A DNA stretch of 44,108 bases, from positions 1,004 to 45,111 of the forward strand of contig DJJF01000015.1 in assembly GCA_002434005.1 (NCBI GenBank), in the 5' to 3' direction. Position 1 is the stretch's first letter, and every line of letters starts with the position of its first letter. Position numbers and translations under genes: made by a program. Shown here piece by piece: positions 1 through 9,165 of this stretch. The notes under the pieces were generated by a model. That model was not told the DNA's origin, did not search any database, and saw only the letters and a program-made list of their open reading frames with translations. Source of the DNA: Candidatus Saccharibacteria bacterium UBA6575. GTDB lineage: Bacteria; Patescibacteriota; Saccharimonadia; Saccharimonadales; Saccharimonadaceae.

Positions 1-1157
1 ACACGTCCCAGGCCTGCTGGCCGAAGGACGCAGCCGCCAACGTGACCGTGACGCCGCCGACGTGCGACGCGGCGGGGACGGCTTCGGTGACGGGTCTGCA
101 GAACGCGACGCTCGTGGGCACGCTCGACCAGTCGGTCGGCACCCACGTCGCGACGTTCAAGGCCGAGCCCGGCCACCTGTTCGCCAACGGCAGCGACACC
201 CTCCAGGTGTCGTACACGGTGGCGCCGAAGGACACATCCAAGTGTGAGGTCGTGAACCCCGTCAACCCGGAGGTCCAGCAGAGCACGTGCGTGGACGGCA
301 AGCCGACCACACCCATGCTCACGCTGGCGTCCACCGAGGGCATCGCCTACACCGTGTCGGCCCAGGCTCCCTACGGCCCGGGTCAGACGGTCGTGGTGAC
401 CGCCACCTGGGACGCGACCCACAACCAGCCGGCGAACCTGCCGGCCGGGTGGACCAAGACGTCGGCCAACGCGGCGACGTACAAGGTCACGTTCGCGAAG
501 CCGGATTGCACCGTGACCGTCCAGCCGCCGACCATCCCGGTCGTCGACGAGTGCGGTCCGAACAACGCCCACTACGGGGCGGTCCCCACCGGTCCCTGGA
601 CCTCGGTGACCAACTCTGACGGCAGCGTCACGGTCACGGCCAACCCTGGGAACACCTTCCCGAACGGTCAGTCCGTCACCTACCCGGCGCAGGTCGACTC
701 GAACGTGCCGTGCCCGGTGCCGCCGACGCCGCCCACCCCGACGTGCCCCGACGGCACGCCGTGGACGGACAGCAACCACAACGGCATGCCGGACGAGTGC
801 GTGGAGATCATCCCGCCGGTCCAGCTGACGGTGGTCAAGGGCGGTGCTGACATGCAGGACAAGTGCGGCACGGCCGGTGACATGTACATCGTCAAGCGCG
901 ACAAGGGCATCGTCTACACGGCCAACGGCAAGCGTGTCCGCGAGGGCAAGTGGCTGCCGACCAAGGGTGCCAAGACGGTCGTCGTCAAGGCCAAGGCCGC
1001 GTCCAAGAAGTACGTGCTGAAGCAGGGCTCGAAGACCATCTGGGTGTTCGGGTTCTCCACCAAGCCGTGCAAGCAGAAGCCCGACGAGCCGGTCCACACC
1101 GGTGCCAAGACGGCTTCGGCCAAGGTGCTCGGTCGGTTCAACCGCATGGTGGCATGA
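1..1157 (+). CDS. Secreted/surface Thr-Pro-Val-rich repeat protein, probable class F sortase substrate (5' end outside window)
   Basis: The frame is open from base 3 to TGA 1155-1157. It has repeated Cys-bracketed beta modules (VTPPTC, QQSTC, VDECG, QDKCG), a Pro-rich linker, and a C-terminal PVHTG followed by a basic tail. Third codon positions are almost all G/C. The stop overlaps the sortase start (ATGA). Confidence 0.75.
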   Translation, partial: TSQACWPKDAAANVTVTPPTCDAAGTASVTGLQNATLVGTLDQSVGTHVATFKAEPGHLFANGSDTLQVSYTVAPKDTSKCEVVNPVNPEVQQSTCVDGKPTTPMLTLASTEGIAYTVSAQAPYGPGQTVVVTATWDATHNQPANLPAGWTKTSANAATYKVTFAKPDCTVTVQPPTIPVVDECGPNNAHYGAVPTGPWTSVTNSDGSVTVTANPGNTFPNGQSVTYPAQVDSNVPCPVPPTPPTPTCPDGTPWTDSNHNGMPDECVEIIPPVQLTVVKGGADMQDKCGTAGDMYIVKRDKGIVYTANGKRVREGKWLPTKGAKTVVVKAKAASKKYVLKQGSKTIWVFGFSTKPCKQKPDEPVHTGAKTASAKVLGRFNRMVA

Positions 1158-1702
1158 ACGGGCGCCTTCGGGCGCTCATCGCAGCAGTGTCCGTCGTGCT
1201 CGGCTTCCTCGTATGGGGAGCCGGGCCGGCGGACGCCGCTCCGGAGCGCATCACGGCACCAGCAACCGGGCTGAACGCTCCGGTTGTCTATGTCGAAGCG
1301 CCGGCGGGTGACCTTGGTGTCAGGGATAACCTCCACGTGGTCTACGCGTGGAAACATGGTGATCCTCCCTGTGACGCCAGCGGCTCCACCGTGTATGCCG
1401 GCCATGCCTGGCGTGCCGGCAACGGTGTCGCTGATCACTGGGGTCGCTTCAAGCCTGGAGACAGAATCCGGGTAGGTGGCTGTGCGTTCAAGGTGACTCA
1501 CAAGGAGTACTGGGGAGCAGACCGGGGAATCGGTCCGCTTTCCAGCCAGACTGGGCCACCGCGAATCGCACTGATCACCTGCAAGGCTGACGACTACTCC
1601 AAGCGGACGGTCGTCTTCGCCCGCAAGGTCGGCAGTAACGCGCCGAAGCACTGGCGACACAGCAGAGCCGAAGAGCCGCCCCGGGGAGGGAGATCTCCAT
1701 AG
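1154..1702 (+). CDS. Class F (actinobacterial-type) sortase
   Basis: ATG 1154 overlaps the upstream stop. N-terminal signal/TM segment, then catalytic His (YAGH), Cys (LITC) and Arg (SKR) in sortase order. Confidence 0.8.
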   Translation: MNGRLRALIAAVSVVLGFLVWGAGPADAAPERITAPATGLNAPVVYVEAPAGDLGVRDNLHVVYAWKHGDPPCDASGSTVYAGHAWRAGNGVADHWGRFKPGDRIRVGGCAFKVTHKEYWGADRGIGPLSSQTGPPRIALITCKADDYSKRTVVFARKVGSNAPKHWRHSRAEEPPRGGRSP

Positions 1703-1710
1703 GGGCAACG

Positions 1711-1767
1711 GGTCGTGACCCTCCACACAAGGATTCAGTTCCGAGTGTGGAGGGGCACGGCCTTTTT
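1711..1767 (+). terminator. Rho-independent terminator
   Basis: GGTCGTG-a-CCCTCCACAC (1711-1728) pairs with GTGTGGAGGG-g-CACGGCC (1745-1762), followed by TTTTT. Confidence 0.85.
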
Positions 1768-1820
1768 CATTTTCTGAAGATATTGAAATTATTATTAATT
1801 TATGTTATAATGTTGTAATT

Positions 1821-2807
1821 ATGGAACGGCGACCTTCGTTTGTACGGAACGCGAACCTACGTCGTATCGGCGTAAGTGCACTATTTGGGACCAGCATGAT
1901 ACTACCGGCAGCGGTAGCGAGCGGCGGTGAAGCGCCTATGGTTGAAAAGCCGATAAAAACTTCGCTTGCCGATCAGCCGGGCTGGAAACTTGCTGCGCAT
2001 GAAGACTTTAGCGGCGACATAGAAGGTTGGGAAGTCATCAGTGCCGACCCCTCGAAGGGTCCGCGCTACGCTCAGTACGAACCGCAAAACGTGGTATTCA
2101 CCGGCGACTCAGTCGATATTACCAGCTATCGCCACTGCGGAGTCGAGCCAACAATTCAGAACCGCCAGACCGCTCCATGCCCGGAAGGCGTACCGACGCT
2201 TTACACATCGGGGCGTATCGAGCAGATCGATCATACTATCAAAGGTGACTTTAAGGTGTTCATCAAAGCCAAGATGACCGTCGATAAGAACGAACTACTT
2301 GGTACCCGGTACGAGCTATGGGCAAATAATCTGACGAAGTACCCGGACACTCGTAACCTTGGCTACTGTATTGAGGGTACGAGGCCGAATGGTGAGTTCG
2401 ATCCGGCTGAGATATTCAACACCAAATTCGCTACCGCCAATAACATCGCCCACTGTGAGGACGGTAAGCTATACGATGTGCCCCGAAAGCTCCGCATGCC
2501 AGAAGGCTGGCTTAAGAAAACAGTGCGACTAACAGCGACCCGTGTGAACGGAAAGATGGAATTCGAGATCAACGGGGAAGCGCTGCCGCTGCGTTCGGAC
2601 AGCGATAGGACTGTCGATCGACTTCGTGACTTCAAGGGAGTATCGTGGGATGAATTCAACGAGGTGCAGGATCTACCATACGGCATGATATTTTCGACGG
2701 CAGTTAACACGTTCGCGGATTCAAAAAACTTTCGGCCTGTCGATGACGATGAACCGTACAAACCACATACTCTTAGCATCCAAGACATGAAGCTATATAC
2801 ACGCTAG
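1821..2807 (+). CDS. Secreted glycoside hydrolase family 16-like (ConA/laminarinase fold) protein
   Basis: N-terminal hydrophobic segment; WKLAAHEDFSG and YTSGRI motifs; EFDPAE fits the GH16 ExDxxE catalytic motif. TGtTATAAT lies at 1803-1811, just upstream. Confidence 0.65.
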   Translation: MERRPSFVRNANLRRIGVSALFGTSMILPAAVASGGEAPMVEKPIKTSLADQPGWKLAAHEDFSGDIEGWEVISADPSKGPRYAQYEPQNVVFTGDSVDITSYRHCGVEPTIQNRQTAPCPEGVPTLYTSGRIEQIDHTIKGDFKVFIKAKMTVDKNELLGTRYELWANNLTKYPDTRNLGYCIEGTRPNGEFDPAEIFNTKFATANNIAHCEDGKLYDVPRKLRMPEGWLKKTVRLTATRVNGKMEFEINGEALPLRSDSDRTVDRLRDFKGVSWDEFNEVQDLPYGMIFSTAVNTFADSKNFRPVDDDEPYKPHTLSIQDMKLYTR

Positions 2808-2810
2808 CTA

Positions 2811-2839
2811 TTGACAAATAATACTGTTTATGCTAATAT
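2811..2839 (+). promoter_or_regulatory. Sigma70 promoter of the GC-rich secreted protein gene
   Basis: TTGACA (2811-2816), 17 nt, TAATAT (2834-2839) with an extended TG. Confidence 0.7.
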
Positions 2840-2943
2840 AAATAGATTGCGCATGATACCTTTTGGTCCTCAGGCGTAACGTCCCAGTGCATCCGCGCTG
2901 GTGATACATCTCCGCTTCATCTTGTATGAGAGGAACCTTCCCC

Positions 2944-3432
2944 ATGAAGAATCTGTTTGCGGCTTCCGCATTGATCATCGGTCTGCTCTTCGGAGTCACC
3001 CCGAGCGTAAGCGCTCAGGCAGGCGACCCCGACGTCTCGTCGACGCAGGCGTACGCCGACCCGGCCGTGCAGAACGTGCGGGTCACCAAGTACAAGCGCG
3101 GCATCAACCGCGCGTGCCCCCAGGGCAGCGACAAGATGTTCATCCTGGACGTCACCATGAGTGACGACTCGGTGGGCACGTTCGTCGACAGCGACGACGC
3201 GTTCGCGGTGATCACGCTGCGCAGCGGCCTGCCGGTGATCGACACCGACATGTTCCTGAACGCGCTCGACGGGCTTCGGACCGCCAGCTACTACCTGTAC
3301 ACCGACAACCGGCGTGCCCAGGTGCGCAAGAATCCGGCCTGGAACAGCGTGACGGTCAAGGGCTCCAGCCCTGACGTCAAGCTCACGGCCAGCCTGCGCA
3401 AGGACTGCCAGGAGTACATCGAAGAGCAGTGA
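2944..3432 (+). CDS. GC-rich secreted hypothetical protein
   Basis: GAGAGG SD at 2928-2933; MKNLFAASALIIGLLFGVTPSVSAQA signal peptide; strong GC3 bias; two Cys. Confidence 0.75.
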   Translation: MKNLFAASALIIGLLFGVTPSVSAQAGDPDVSSTQAYADPAVQNVRVTKYKRGINRACPQGSDKMFILDVTMSDDSVGTFVDSDDAFAVITLRSGLPVIDTDMFLNALDGLRTASYYLYTDNRRAQVRKNPAWNSVTVKGSSPDVKLTASLRKDCQEYIEEQ

Positions 3433-3445
3433 TGAAGTGGAGATC

Positions 3446-3492
3446 AGGGTGTGAGTGTATCGATTCGTCGATCCATACTTACACCCTTTTCT
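3446..3492 (+). terminator. Rho-independent terminator
   Basis: A 13-bp stem (3446-3458/3475-3487) encloses ATCGA-TTCG-TCGAT and is followed by TTTCT. Confidence 0.75.
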
Positions 3493-3574
3493 CATGCCCG
3501 GATTTTGACACGCTCTAGCGTAAGAGGTATGATAGAGGCAAGCTAAATGCTCAAACAAAAAGGTATAAAACCAG

Positions 3575-5518
3575 GTGGACCAATTCCAATTCAATCAGGA
3601 TACTGATTCCCGACGTGGCTGGGCGCACAAGTTGCTATTCATCGGCATTACGTTCGGTGTGATCATCGTGGTTGGAATTGGCGTGTTCGCGTACACGTCA
3701 CAGCTGCCTGTCGATACGAAAGGCAGCGATGTAAAGGGCGGCGGTGCAAGCACCGACACCGGCTCGCGTGATGATTCCGATACTGACACGAGCCAATCTA
3801 CCGATGAAACGTCGACGGAAGATTCATCGGATGGCAATTGGTTCAGCTGGCTCTTTGGAAAACATAGCATCGCCGCAAAGGTCACTAGTTCTTCCGGGCT
3901 AAAAGGTTCAGTGCAGTACCTGAACGTACTCGCCAGCCTTACACCAAGCGAAGGTGCATCATTCGAGCCGACATCGCTACGTCTTAAACTTGTCTCAAAT
4001 CCGCGAGCCGGATCGGTACTAAGTGCCGACAAGCGAAATGTTACGGCACCAGGAGAAGGTACGTATTCCGCACTAGATAATGGCATCATCCGATTTACCC
4101 CTACGGCTCAATTTGTTGGCCAGGCACGGGGAGTAGGTTTTACCGTGACAGACACGGCCGGCGTAACGTTTACGAGTAGCTACATACCTGTCGTGAATGA
4201 CGTGGCGACTCCTCCGACACCCCCCGTCGTAACATGTAGCGACCCGGCCAGCGAAGGTATCTCATTATCAAACAGCAGGTTCTTTCTCTATTCGAATTTG
4301 GAGACGATGCCATTGGTTACCGACGCATGGAGTACGAACACGCTGAAGGGAAGTGATACCTTGAGCAGCCTTTACGTGATTGATGACAATGGCAATCTAC
4401 TACGCACATCAGAGGGTCAGTCTCGATGGAGCGCGGTACCAATAGCTAGTAATATGCGAGTGAACAGCTATGCTACAAGCAATGACGGTAACACGATATT
4501 CGCCAATGGACAAAGTGGTGACAATGATGCGGCTGGCTATCTGTCAACGGACGCAGGGAACACATGGACAAAACGATCGACGCTTTCTACCGATGGTGTC
4601 ATTGCCATGTCCGAATCTGGTCAAGTGATGATTACGAATGGTACGTCTGACCCTGAAGGCGGATTCGGAGTTATCACATCAATCGATGGTGGTACGACAT
4701 GGCTTCCAGCCCCAATAAATGCGGTTAACGTTGGGTCGGTCGCCCTAACGCCCGACGGCACGAAGATGTTCGTCGCGGCATTCGACCCGGTCGAAAACGA
4801 CTACCGAATATACCGCTCGACGGATAGCGGCCAGACTTGGGATTCAGTTGACCCGACCACTGACAATATCGGCTATGGCAGACTACTCACGAATGACGCA
4901 GGGACTGAACTATTCATGGATGCATATAGCTTCGATGATGATTCAAGTCCTCTGTATTATTCTAGCGATGGAGGTGATACCTGGCAGCAGGTGACGATAC
5001 CAGAAGGTATGAATGTCGATTTACTACAGATGTCGCTCGACGCATCGCGTATCGTTATGACGGCTCATGACCAGGATTACGCTGTGCAGCTGTACCAATC
5101 AACTGATAGCGGCGTCACTTGGCAGCCTATCACCGCACCGGGAAGTAGTTTCATTGCAGCATATGCTGGCCGAGACGGTACCTCGATTACGGTCGCGTCA
5201 TCGGAGGGTATCGTGACAAGCCATGATGGCGGAGTAACCTGGAACGCAGTCGCAAATATTCACGAGCGTTTCGATCTGACGAAGGTGGATCTCGACCCGC
5301 TGACTCCTGGCCAACAAATCTTCATAGATAAGACTGCCACGCAAGGATGGAGACTCGACTACGACACTTCTACGGGCATATTGACTCACGAGGTGACAGA
5401 CACAGACAAGTATGCAGAGCACACGGAAACCAGCACCGTCCAATACACGCTCATGCCTAAGCCAAATTGCTCGTCGCCAGCACCTGGAACGATAAACTTG
5501 ATAAAGGCTGATTTTTAG
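3575..5518 (+). CDS. Membrane-anchored surface protein with a CshA-type fibril repeat and a BNR/Asp-box beta-propeller
   Basis: N-terminal TM; Ser/Thr/Asp linker; PGEGTYS...IRFTPTAQFVG...TVTDTAG resembles a CshA repeat; six SxDxGxTW boxes (STDAGNTW, SIDGGTTW, STDSGQTW, SSDGGDTW, STDSGVTW, SHDGGVTW). Confidence 0.75.
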   Translation: MDQFQFNQDTDSRRGWAHKLLFIGITFGVIIVVGIGVFAYTSQLPVDTKGSDVKGGGASTDTGSRDDSDTDTSQSTDETSTEDSSDGNWFSWLFGKHSIAAKVTSSSGLKGSVQYLNVLASLTPSEGASFEPTSLRLKLVSNPRAGSVLSADKRNVTAPGEGTYSALDNGIIRFTPTAQFVGQARGVGFTVTDTAGVTFTSSYIPVVNDVATPPTPPVVTCSDPASEGISLSNSRFFLYSNLETMPLVTDAWSTNTLKGSDTLSSLYVIDDNGNLLRTSEGQSRWSAVPIASNMRVNSYATSNDGNTIFANGQSGDNDAAGYLSTDAGNTWTKRSTLSTDGVIAMSESGQVMITNGTSDPEGGFGVITSIDGGTTWLPAPINAVNVGSVALTPDGTKMFVAAFDPVENDYRIYRSTDSGQTWDSVDPTTDNIGYGRLLTNDAGTELFMDAYSFDDDSSPLYYSSDGGDTWQQVTIPEGMNVDLLQMSLDASRIVMTAHDQDYAVQLYQSTDSGVTWQPITAPGSSFIAAYAGRDGTSITVASSEGIVTSHDGGVTWNAVANIHERFDLTKVDLDPLTPGQQIFIDKTATQGWRLDYDTSTGILTHEVTDTDKYAEHTETSTVQYTLMPKPNCSSPAPGTINLIKADF

Positions 5519-5596
5519 GCATGTATGTTTTGACTCTGCAACCCTACGGCCACAGGCACCATTTACGTAGCCTTTGATCGAGCTGAATAAAACCGC

Positions 5597-6688
5597 TTAT
5601 TTTGACACGTTGAATCGGAACTCAACGATGTCGCCAGGGCGCATGATATAGTCTTTGCCTTCAGTCCGCATCTTACCAGCAGCTTTCGCAGCCTGCTCGT
5701 TGCCCGCGGTGACTAAGTCGTCGTAGTCAACGATTGAAGCGGCAATAAAGCCACGCTCGAAGTCACCATGAATCACACCGGCGGCTTGCGGAGCGGTCGC
5801 GCCTTTACGAATCGTCCAGGCGCGAACTTCCTTTTCACCAGCTGTTAAGTAGCTCTGCAGGCCTAGAGTATCGTAGGCTGCGTGAATCAGTTGATTGAGA
5901 CCTCGCTCTTTCACCCCATAGCTATCGAGTAGCTCAGCTGCATCATCGTCGCCAAGTCCGCGTAGTTCTTCTTCTAGCTTGGCACAAATGAACACACTTC
6001 TCACGGGAGCGATTAAATCATTCAATTCTGCCTGTTTAGCAGCATCAGCGATTGTGTCTTCATCGACATTGAATACATAGATAACAGGCTTGGCGGTGAG
6101 TAGATGCAAATCACCAATTGCTTCGTAATCAAGTGAGGGAAGAGCGGAGAGCGGCGTGCCTTCGTTCAGGTGGCGCATCAGGCTGTCTAAGTATTCCAGC
6201 TGCTCGCGGGCGCCCGGATTGGCCTTGGCTTCCTTCTGAATCTTAGGAATACGGTTCTCGATCGTCTGGATATCGGCCAAGATCAATTCCGTGTTAATAA
6301 CGTCTATGTCACCCTTCGGATTAACAGCCGATTCGTCGTGGCGCAGTACGGAATCGTCGCTGAAAGCACGCACTACATGGATGATTGCATCGCAGTTGCG
6401 GATGTTGGCTAGGAACTTGTTGCCCAGGCCTTCGCCTTTGCTCGCTCCGGCTACAAGTCCAGCGATGTCAACGAATGTTACGGTCGCAGGTATCACTTTT
6501 TGGGTTGAATACATTTTTTCCAATACCTGTAAGCGAGCGTCAGGGACAGGCACGATACCGGTGTTCGGCTCGATTGTAGCGAATGGATAATTTGCCGCTA
6601 AAATCTCACTATCGGTCAACGCATTAAATAACGTCGATTTACCGACGTTGGGAAGCCCGACGATGCCGATGGATAGACTCAAAACCAA
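5597..6688 (-). CDS. ychF: Redox-regulated ATPase/GTPase YchF (start may be TTG 6682)
   Basis: GIVGLPNVGKSTLFNALT, ANYPFATIEPN, DIAGLV, GEGLGNKFL and a C-terminal TGS region EGKDYIMRPGDIVEFRFNV. Confidence 0.97.
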   Translation of the reverse strand: MVLSLSIGIVGLPNVGKSTLFNALTDSEILAANYPFATIEPNTGIVPVPDARLQVLEKMYSTQKVIPATVTFVDIAGLVAGASKGEGLGNKFLANIRNCDAIIHVVRAFSDDSVLRHDESAVNPKGDIDVINTELILADIQTIENRIPKIQKEAKANPGAREQLEYLDSLMRHLNEGTPLSALPSLDYEAIGDLHLLTAKPVIYVFNVDEDTIADAAKQAELNDLIAPVRSVFICAKLEEELRGLGDDDAAELLDSYGVKERGLNQLIHAAYDTLGLQSYLTAGEKEVRAWTIRKGATAPQAAGVIHGDFERGFIAASIVDYDDLVTAGNEQAAKAAGKMRTEGKDYIMRPGDIVEFRFNVSK

Positions 6689-6987
6689 CCTCTTCTTTCT
6701 GGATTAATGGGATGTGGCCCTTAATGACTGCTTTGTCTTTCGAGGATTGAACCTCGGTAACTAGATGCCTAATTATAGCTTTTCTATCTGTAAAGTCCAA
6801 GTTTCTCAGTGCTGAACGAGCAGCAGAGCTTAACTTGTCGACTGACCATGTATCTTTGCTCGGCAGTCAGATTGGTTAAGTTAACCCTTGTATGGTATAA
6901 ATAATAAAAGTTCTTCAGTATAGAAGAAAGGTCTCGGAAACTACCGAGACCTTGTTCATTCCCAGCCCAAGAAGATAGGCGTGTACA

Positions 6988-8502
6988 GTGAAAGTAAATC
7001 GGTTCTTGTCGATGGCATTCTCTTGTGTGTTGCTTGCAACGCTAATGGGAACTGTTACGAGTAAAGCGTATGCGGCGAGTGATTACGACTCGTTCCTCAA
7101 TGTCACACCTACGCTATATGCGTACACCGATGGCCCGACGATGTCGGCCAAAATTGACCTGAGTACGACATGGCTCTCGGAATTTGAGCAGACCTACGAG
7201 AAGAGAGTTGTCGCACATCCAAGCTGGTCTCCAGATTTCATGAACGAGCTCAACGACATCATGTCCGAAGGCGGTTCCTGGGGTGTGTACGCAAAGCGGG
7301 TATCCGGTCTAGGAATTCAGATAGGTATCGTAGGTACCAGGGACCCTGATGGCTTCTGCCAGTTCAATGGTCCTGCGGCAACAGGTACATTTGCGTGCTC
7401 CGCAAATCCCGGGTATGGGTTCATCACGACTGATTACTTTACCCATAATTCATTTGGGTATAACGGCTGTGGCGGCTCCACGTGTAGCCAGAAAGGGATG
7501 AATACCTACGCGGAGCCCAATGTTGTTACCAGCACGGGAGGAGGAGCATTTCTCACAATCCCCAACACTGCGTTGGACGATTTCGAATTCTACTTCATGA
7601 ACTTCGACATCAACTATCCGGTTGGCTACCAGGGTGAAATGATTCCCACGTCACAGCCAGGCAACCGGTATGTGGCGATGGGGGATTCTTACTCATCCGG
7701 AGAGGGTAATCTCCCTTACGACTATGGGTCAGACACGATGGCAAACGTCTGTCACCGCAGCTCCAACGCATACCCGCGGCAACTCCAGGAAGATTTGGAC
7801 CTGAATCCGATGGTTTTTTCGGCATGCTCTGGTGCGGTGTCCGAGTATGTAATCGATAGTGCGAACCAGGAAAATCCGGAGCTACCACAGGCCGTGTATG
7901 TCTCAGATGCCACTGAACTGGTCACCATGACCATGGGAGGGAACGATGCGCAATTCGTACCTGCGATTCGAGAGTGTCTTGCTTCCACCGTTGCACAGGA
8001 CTGTCTTGACGCACTCGCGACGTCCAGTGCCATTGTGAACAGCACCGCATTCGAGTCCAACCTCGAGGAAATTTACGAAGGAGTGAAGTCTTTCGGCAAT
8101 ACCGATACGCAAATCATGGTGATTGGCTACCCGAGACTCTTCGCTCCATATGATGACATCGCGGGCACCTGCACCTGGGGTGACCCTGTTGTAGCTGCGT
8201 TTACGGATGTTCTCTCAGGGAGGACTATCACAGAAGATGAGCTCGATGCGCTCGCCGAACTGCAGAGTGACCTGAATCAGGCAATTTCCAACGCTGTTAC
8301 TGCCACCATGGACTCGGACATCAGTTTCATCGACCCGACTGCAGCTTTTTCGGGTCACGAGCTCTGCGGCGCGCAGACGGTCAAGTACATCAACGAGATC
8401 TCCCTGAGCGTCAACACTGGCGACCTCTTTTCTGGTTCATTCCACCCGAACCAGGCCGGTCAAGACGCCCTGGCATCGCTCGTAGGTGTTGAGCTCAGCT
8501 AG
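6988..8502 (+). CDS. Secreted SGNH/GDSL hydrolase (SEST-like esterase/lipase) with an extra N-terminal domain
   Basis: Signal peptide; block I YVAMGDSYSSGEG, ACSGA, block III GGND, C-terminal FHPN. Confidence 0.88.
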   Translation: MKVNRFLSMAFSCVLLATLMGTVTSKAYAASDYDSFLNVTPTLYAYTDGPTMSAKIDLSTTWLSEFEQTYEKRVVAHPSWSPDFMNELNDIMSEGGSWGVYAKRVSGLGIQIGIVGTRDPDGFCQFNGPAATGTFACSANPGYGFITTDYFTHNSFGYNGCGGSTCSQKGMNTYAEPNVVTSTGGGAFLTIPNTALDDFEFYFMNFDINYPVGYQGEMIPTSQPGNRYVAMGDSYSSGEGNLPYDYGSDTMANVCHRSSNAYPRQLQEDLDLNPMVFSACSGAVSEYVIDSANQENPELPQAVYVSDATELVTMTMGGNDAQFVPAIRECLASTVAQDCLDALATSSAIVNSTAFESNLEEIYEGVKSFGNTDTQIMVIGYPRLFAPYDDIAGTCTWGDPVVAAFTDVLSGRTITEDELDALAELQSDLNQAISNAVTATMDSDISFIDPTAAFSGHELCGAQTVKYINEISLSVNTGDLFSGSFHPNQAGQDALASLVGVELS

Positions 8503-8526
8503 ACGCAGCATCTGAAAAACACCCGC

Positions 8527-8567
8527 TGAAGAACACCGCCCCCGATGTAGTGTCGGGGGCGTCTTCA
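8527..8567 (+). terminator. GC-rich hairpin, probable terminator
   Basis: CGCCCCCGATG/TGTCGGGGGCG stem (8537-8561) extended by TGAAGA/TCTTCA; weak U tract. Confidence 0.55.
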
Positions 8568-8614
8568 CGCATGAATCTTTCAACGATGAAGCTAAGTAAT
8601 GTATCATTATACTT

Positions 8615-8941
8615 ATGGTAAAAAAATCAGATATTGCCCGGGGCTACAGTTTACCGAAGTCGTACTGGCGAATAGTAAAGAGCCTAGTAGTGGCACTAAT
8701 AGTTTTAGCAATTCTTGGGGTTTCATGGTTCGCTGCATGGCGTACAGGTTGGCCAGGATATATTTCAGCTGTCGTAAAATGCGACGGTAAACCGGTAGTG
8801 GGTGCATCATCATTTTTAGTGAAGCAGTATGTCACACCCGCTGATAACGACTATCACATTCCTGGTGGCGACGGATACCGTACCTACTTTTGCAGTGAAA
8901 AAGAAGCGATTCAGTCCGGATATAAGCATAAGCCTTTTTAG
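8615..8941 (+). CDS. Small membrane-anchored protein with an Ada-metal-binding-like C-terminal motif
   Basis: One TM, then C...YVTP...YFCSEKEAIQSGYK, resembling the FxSxxEAxxxGY motif. Confidence 0.6.
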   Translation: MVKKSDIARGYSLPKSYWRIVKSLVVALIVLAILGVSWFAAWRTGWPGYISAVVKCDGKPVVGASSFLVKQYVTPADNDYHIPGGDGYRTYFCSEKEAIQSGYKHKPF

Positions 8942-9165
8942 GGTATTGCTCTTTCGAAACAAGAGCTTTGACCATGACCCAGCATGCATGCAGGATAACG
9001 CATCCATGAGCACTACATCGATGTGTAGGGGCATGTGGCTCTATCTCGTGGATAATATATATGAAATGACCATGGGACCCAGAAACCCTGATGAACCGGG
9101 GGTAGGGTTAGTCACGAAAGCCAGGCGATATACCTGTCTGCGATGAATGCGCGAATTCATGAATG

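Noticed and set aside
914..1726. Long antisense ORFs over GC-rich genes (also 2917-3594, 12040-12846)
   Set aside because: These are shadow frames caused by high GC3; the + strand frames have signal peptides, SDs or family motifs.
8945..9165. Structured RNA or gene in the gap between convergent genes
   Set aside because: Only short scattered hairpins, no promoter/terminator pair, and the overlapping ORFs lack coding features.
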